Shown: positions 60,154-64,000 of the stretch, piece by piece
Position numbering within the stretch: the stretch's first letter is position 1
Layout: every line of letters begins with the position of its first letter
Assembly: GCA_040437565.1 (NCBI GenBank)
Contig: JBDOQK010000065.1
Coordinates: forward strand, 62,001-126,000
DNA: 64,000 nucleotides
Source: Albugo candida
Lineage: Eukaryota
Direction: 5' to 3'
Position numbers and translations under genes: made by a program
The notes under the pieces: model-generated
Seen by the model: the letters and a program-made list of their open reading frames with translations, nothing else
Told to the model about the DNA's origin: nothing
Databases searched by the model: none

Positions 60154-60761
60154 TTCCAACGATAAAGGTATTTCCGGTATGGAGGTTGGTTGTTAGGGTT
60201 CACAATGCGCCAAATATCGTTTTTGCGTCTTTCTTCTCATTCTGACGCGCATGCAGAAGTGTAAGTCGCAATACTTACTACACAGTCGCTAGATAGTATG
60301 CAATTGAGTGCATATAAGAGTAGCATTGGTGTCTGTCTCTTTTAATCGAAATAGATGTTTAGAATTGGGACGCTGTCCAAATCAGACAAGTAGACAGAAT
60401 TGACCACTTGTAAGAAAATGTTCGCTACGTAAGTGTGTTGCTGTTCTCGTCCGCTTCTCACATACGATTGCACAGCTGTCATGTCATCAAACATACCTTG
60501 TGAGAGAATTCAGCGAGACTGATCTTTCTACTGCATCGCAGGCAGCACACTTTTACGCTCCATACAGAGTCAATATGTCGACTCAGATTGTCTATAGACT
60601 GTACGTTTGTGGTTCTTTTTACCTCTTTCATTAGCAACAATTCTATCGACAGCGCTGGAGAGTTGTAAATAGTCACTATAATAGTAACAAAATGTACGTG
60701 AAGGTACCACTTTCATACCACTTTGCTTTATAAGCCCTTCGTTTATCTATAATGTAGGTCG

Positions 60762-62552
60762 ATGTACAAGCAAGATGGCTTGACGACGTATTGTTACTAT
60801 GAGGATGATTCGTATTTAGCCAGTCTCCCATCACGCTCTGATGTTGTAGCGAGTGGAATGGACGGCTCTTGTCCGATTCAGTTGCATGTTCACTTCCCGA
60901 AACGAACAGAGCGTGATCAATTGATTGAGATCGATTACAGTGCTGTCATAAATCCGTCGTATGAGAATCCCTCCTTCCAATTCCCAAAACCGGTGCCGTC
61001 CGTGAAAGCACTGAAAACACTGATTGCCAATTCAAAGAATAAAATCGTCGACTACAGCGAACACACTCCCGTACCGAATCAGACATTTCAGATTCCAGTC
61101 GCCAATGTTGTCATATGCGATTGGCGCAAATGCGATACATTCACCGATTTGGACGCACTCGATAAGTTTTACGCATCCTCGAGCTTGCCACAAAACTTTA
61201 CTTTCGATGTAGCCACATTCACTTCCAACGATATTCACATTGCGGACGAAGGCAGATACACCGCATTTATTCATGTGGTTGTGCAGGTGTCCCTGACGAC
61301 GCGTGCTGATTTTGTCACGTTCTTCCCCATACAAATCGGCGACAGCCTGGGCAAACCACCTACTAATTTGCTCACAGATGGAATATCTACGTATTGTTGG
61401 GTTCTTCCAGGGACATCACCGTTTGATACCAAAACCAGAGCAGAGGCAGATGTACGGATTAATAGTTTTTGTCCTGGTGCTATGCGGTTGGATGTTTCCA
61501 AGTCGAATGTGCTGGTCGGAGAATACGTGACTTTGCAGTGGTCACTTCAGATCGATGGGGGTAGTATGTATTCAGATTCACTGATTGCGGATGTGTCTAC
61601 ATCCAATGCTATAAGAAACCCAAAATCGGGGATCTATTCAGTCATTCCAATTTCACTTCTTAGTGCTTGCAAGGAAGACGGCGATACAAAGTGTTCGTCG
61701 TATCCAGGCGGTGATCCCGAAACGTTCAACATCAAAGAATGTTTGGATCATAATCTTACTAGTGGAACAGCGCTGTATAAATTCAAATATGCATTTGACG
61801 AAGGTGGCGATTATATCCTGGCAGCTCGTGTGGTGATGCAAACGTTGGATGGGGACCAAGTGAATATGGCCGTGTACAATTCCATCACTGTGACCGCCTC
61901 GGTCAAGCAAAATCGTGTATATATATTGTATTACAGTCTTGCCGCAGGACTTTTATTGCTCTTGGTGATTGCAGTTTTTCTTTTGTGGTGGAAAAAAAGG
62001 CGATCTCGCGACAACTTGCAAGGGATTCCAATTCGTAAACCGTTTCCAACTGCTTACTTTGACCCTCCTCATAGTCATCCTCGACGAAGCTTACGATATT
62101 TTGGATTTAGAGACTCAACGCCGACGTCCCATTCATACTTTCATGGAACTCCAAAGTTTGGAAGAACAAATCTCGAGTCGACCTTCCAGGACGAGTATTA
62201 CCCGGAATCTCATTCCGATCTGAACACCCACACAATATCGAAATTTCGCGACGTTTCTTCCTCTGAGCATTCAGACCACATCTTGACTAGTTCAAATGCA
62301 ATCAGACCATCGTCATCTGAAGATCTCCACGCTTCGGATTGGGGTTTATCGCTTCAATCAGATTCAGCTGAGGAATTTTTCTCGGACTCGACCAGCTTGT
62401 CAGACAATGCACCAAATTCGATAGGCATTACCATGAAAACAGACAAGATTAACTCTCATATGCCAATTCTCGAGATACCAGCCGCTGTTGGTGCAGAGCG
62501 TGTGGCGCACAGAAATCGAAATAGTTCCAGTTGGTCGATATCTCCAAAATGA
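60762..62552 (+). CDS. Receptor-like type I membrane protein with a duplicated Cys-containing ectodomain
   Basis: 596-aa ORF with TM YYSLAAGLLLLLVIAVFLLWW-KKRR and a Ser-rich tail. It is preceded by an acceptor-like tgtag, so a signal-peptide exon may lie upstream. Confidence 0.75.
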   Translation: MYKQDGLTTYCYYEDDSYLASLPSRSDVVASGMDGSCPIQLHVHFPKRTERDQLIEIDYSAVINPSYENPSFQFPKPVPSVKALKTLIANSKNKIVDYSEHTPVPNQTFQIPVANVVICDWRKCDTFTDLDALDKFYASSSLPQNFTFDVATFTSNDIHIADEGRYTAFIHVVVQVSLTTRADFVTFFPIQIGDSLGKPPTNLLTDGISTYCWVLPGTSPFDTKTRAEADVRINSFCPGAMRLDVSKSNVLVGEYVTLQWSLQIDGGSMYSDSLIADVSTSNAIRNPKSGIYSVIPISLLSACKEDGDTKCSSYPGGDPETFNIKECLDHNLTSGTALYKFKYAFDEGGDYILAARVVMQTLDGDQVNMAVYNSITVTASVKQNRVYILYYSLAAGLLLLLVIAVFLLWWKKRRSRDNLQGIPIRKPFPTAYFDPPHSHPRRSLRYFGFRDSTPTSHSYFHGTPKFGRTNLESTFQDEYYPESHSDLNTHTISKFRDVSSSEHSDHILTSSNAIRPSSSEDLHASDWGLSLQSDSAEEFFSDSTSLSDNAPNSIGITMKTDKINSHMPILEIPAAVGAERVAHRNRNSSSWSISPK

Positions 62553-63779
62553 TAAATTCATGTTGTGTAGCGTCCCAATATTTAAACACGAGCAAGCAGA
62601 AGTTAACGAATGCGATTGAAGTGCAAGCAAAATACTGTCGGCGTCAGCGTTGCGATCTGATACGAGTTTCTTGCCCCTTTGCCCAAATGTGTACTAAGGA
62701 GAGTATCAGTCAAGAATAAAGTAGAACCCGCCGAATATCGAGTGTGAAGCAGGATGATGAAATTTGCGCTTGCCGAGTGGTACCCTGACGTTATTATACT
62801 AAACTCCTCCAACAGGAAGCTGTTAAGGTCCAAAGTAAATCTATAAACTATACTGGATTTGTCATACTGCATCCTATACGCTGCTCATTCACATCTTTCT
62901 GACAGGTTTTGTGTGATGTCACTTCGTCAAACAGTCTGTACAATAAGCTATGAACNNNNNNNNNNNNNNNNNNNNNNNNNNNNNNNNNNNNNNNNNNNNN
63001 NNNNNNNNNNNNNNNNNNNNNNNNNNNNNNNNNNNNNNNNNNNNNNNNNNNNNNNACAATATCGAAATTTCGCGACGTTTCTTCCTCTGAGCATTCAGAC
63101 CACATCTTGACTAGTTCAAATGCAATCAGACCATCGTCATCTGAAGATCTCCACGCTTCGGATTGGGGTTTATCGCTTCAATCAGATTCAGCTGAGGAAT
63201 TTTTCTCGGACTCGACCAGCTTGTCAGACAATGCACCAAATTCGATAGGCATTACCATGAAAACAGACAAGATTAACTCTCATATGCCAATTCTCGAGAT
63301 ACCAGCCGCTGTTGGTGCAGAGCGTGTGGCGCACAGAAATCGAAATAGTTCCAGTTGGTCGATATCTCCAAAATGATAAATTCATGTTGTGTAGCGTCCC
63401 AATATTTAAACACGAGCAAGCAGAAGTTAACGAATGCGATTGAAGTGCAAGCAAAATACTGTCGGCGTCAGCGTTGCGATCTGATACGAGTTTCTTGCCC
63501 CTTTGCCCAAATGTGTACTAAGGAGAGTATCAGTCAAGAATAAAGTAGAACCCGCCGAATATCGAGTGTGAAGCAGGATGATGAAATTTGCGCTTGCCGA
63601 GTGGTACCCTGACGTTATTATACTAAACTCCTCCAACAGGAAGCTGTTAAGGTCCAAAGTAAATCTATAAACTATACTGGATTTGTCATACTGCATCCTA
63701 TACGCTGCTCATTCACATCTTTCTGACAGGTTTTGTGTGATGTCACTTCGTCAAACAGTCTGTACAATAAGCTATGAAC
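62232..63779. other. Scaffold gap (62956-63055) with artefactual duplicated flank
   Basis: 62232-62955 recurs at 63056-63779. Confidence 0.9.
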
Positions 63780-63845
63780 CAAGCAATTAGTTCCGAAAAA
63801 CAGCGCCATTTTGACTGAAAATGTTAGTAAGAAACTCTATTGGAT

Positions 63846-64000
63846 TTATTGCCCAATCGGTTTATCAATTGCATTCGAGAAAACAATCCAATGTTTATTT
63901 GGCTTGTCTACGCGTTTGTCGCGCTTCTTCTCCTCGGCTCGAGTGCGTCTGTGGTGTATTACCTCCAACCAGGCCATAAAAGCAATTCCGCATCCAACAT
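63846..64000 (-). CDS. Possible 3' end of a membrane-protein gene running in from beyond the window
   Basis: Open frame VGCGIAFMAWLEVIHHRRTRAEEKKRDK...IGQ-TAA (hydrophobic then basic); no homology recognised. Confidence 0.3.
   Translation of the reverse strand, partial: VGCGIAFMAWLEVIHHRRTRAEEKKRDKRVDKPNKHWIVFSNAIDKPIGQ

Noticed and set aside
60093..60160. Canonical tRNA or SRP RNA gene
   Set aside because: No proper anticodon arm or acceptor stem, and the 5' strand of SRP helix 8 is absent. Kept only as a tRNA-like finding.
62232..63779. Duplicated C-terminus of the receptor-like gene
   Set aside because: Same gap-flank artefact.
1..64000. CRISPR arrays, rRNA genes, prokaryotic operons or defence systems
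   Set aside because: None seen. Spliceosomal introns and gene content show this is eukaryotic DNA, and the RT is an ordinary Gypsy pol.

Overview
Eukaryotic genomic DNA, most likely an oomycete. It looks Albugo-like (~50-nt introns, very short intergenic gaps, a ciliary gene), but that assignment is my inference. There are two gene-dense blocks. The left block (1-26.6 kb) holds GAD, UBC12, DPH2, a Zn-dependent dehydrogenase, a mucin-like membrane protein, PDH E1-beta, a membrane protein, a TTL-EGF-TM protein, CC2D2A, a Prx6-like protein and an NCoR-like SANT protein. The right block (52-64 kb) holds an MFS transporter, a coiled-coil protein and a receptor-like protein. Between them is a gene-poor island of about 25 kb with a dead Tc1/IS630-like transposon and a complete but decayed chromodomain Ty3/Gypsy element (LTRs plus an AGATC target-site duplication). 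Three diverged, mosaic copies of an MRH-lectin + GH47 mannosidase + PA fusion gene sit at both edges of and inside the island. The best novelty candidates are this triplicated lectin-mannosidase fusion, a lumenal/extracellular TTL-fold pseudoenzyme with EGF and TM segments, and a peroxiredoxin lacking its peroxidatic Cys. There are nine 100-N gaps; seven are flanked by apparently exact duplications that are scaffolding artefacts.
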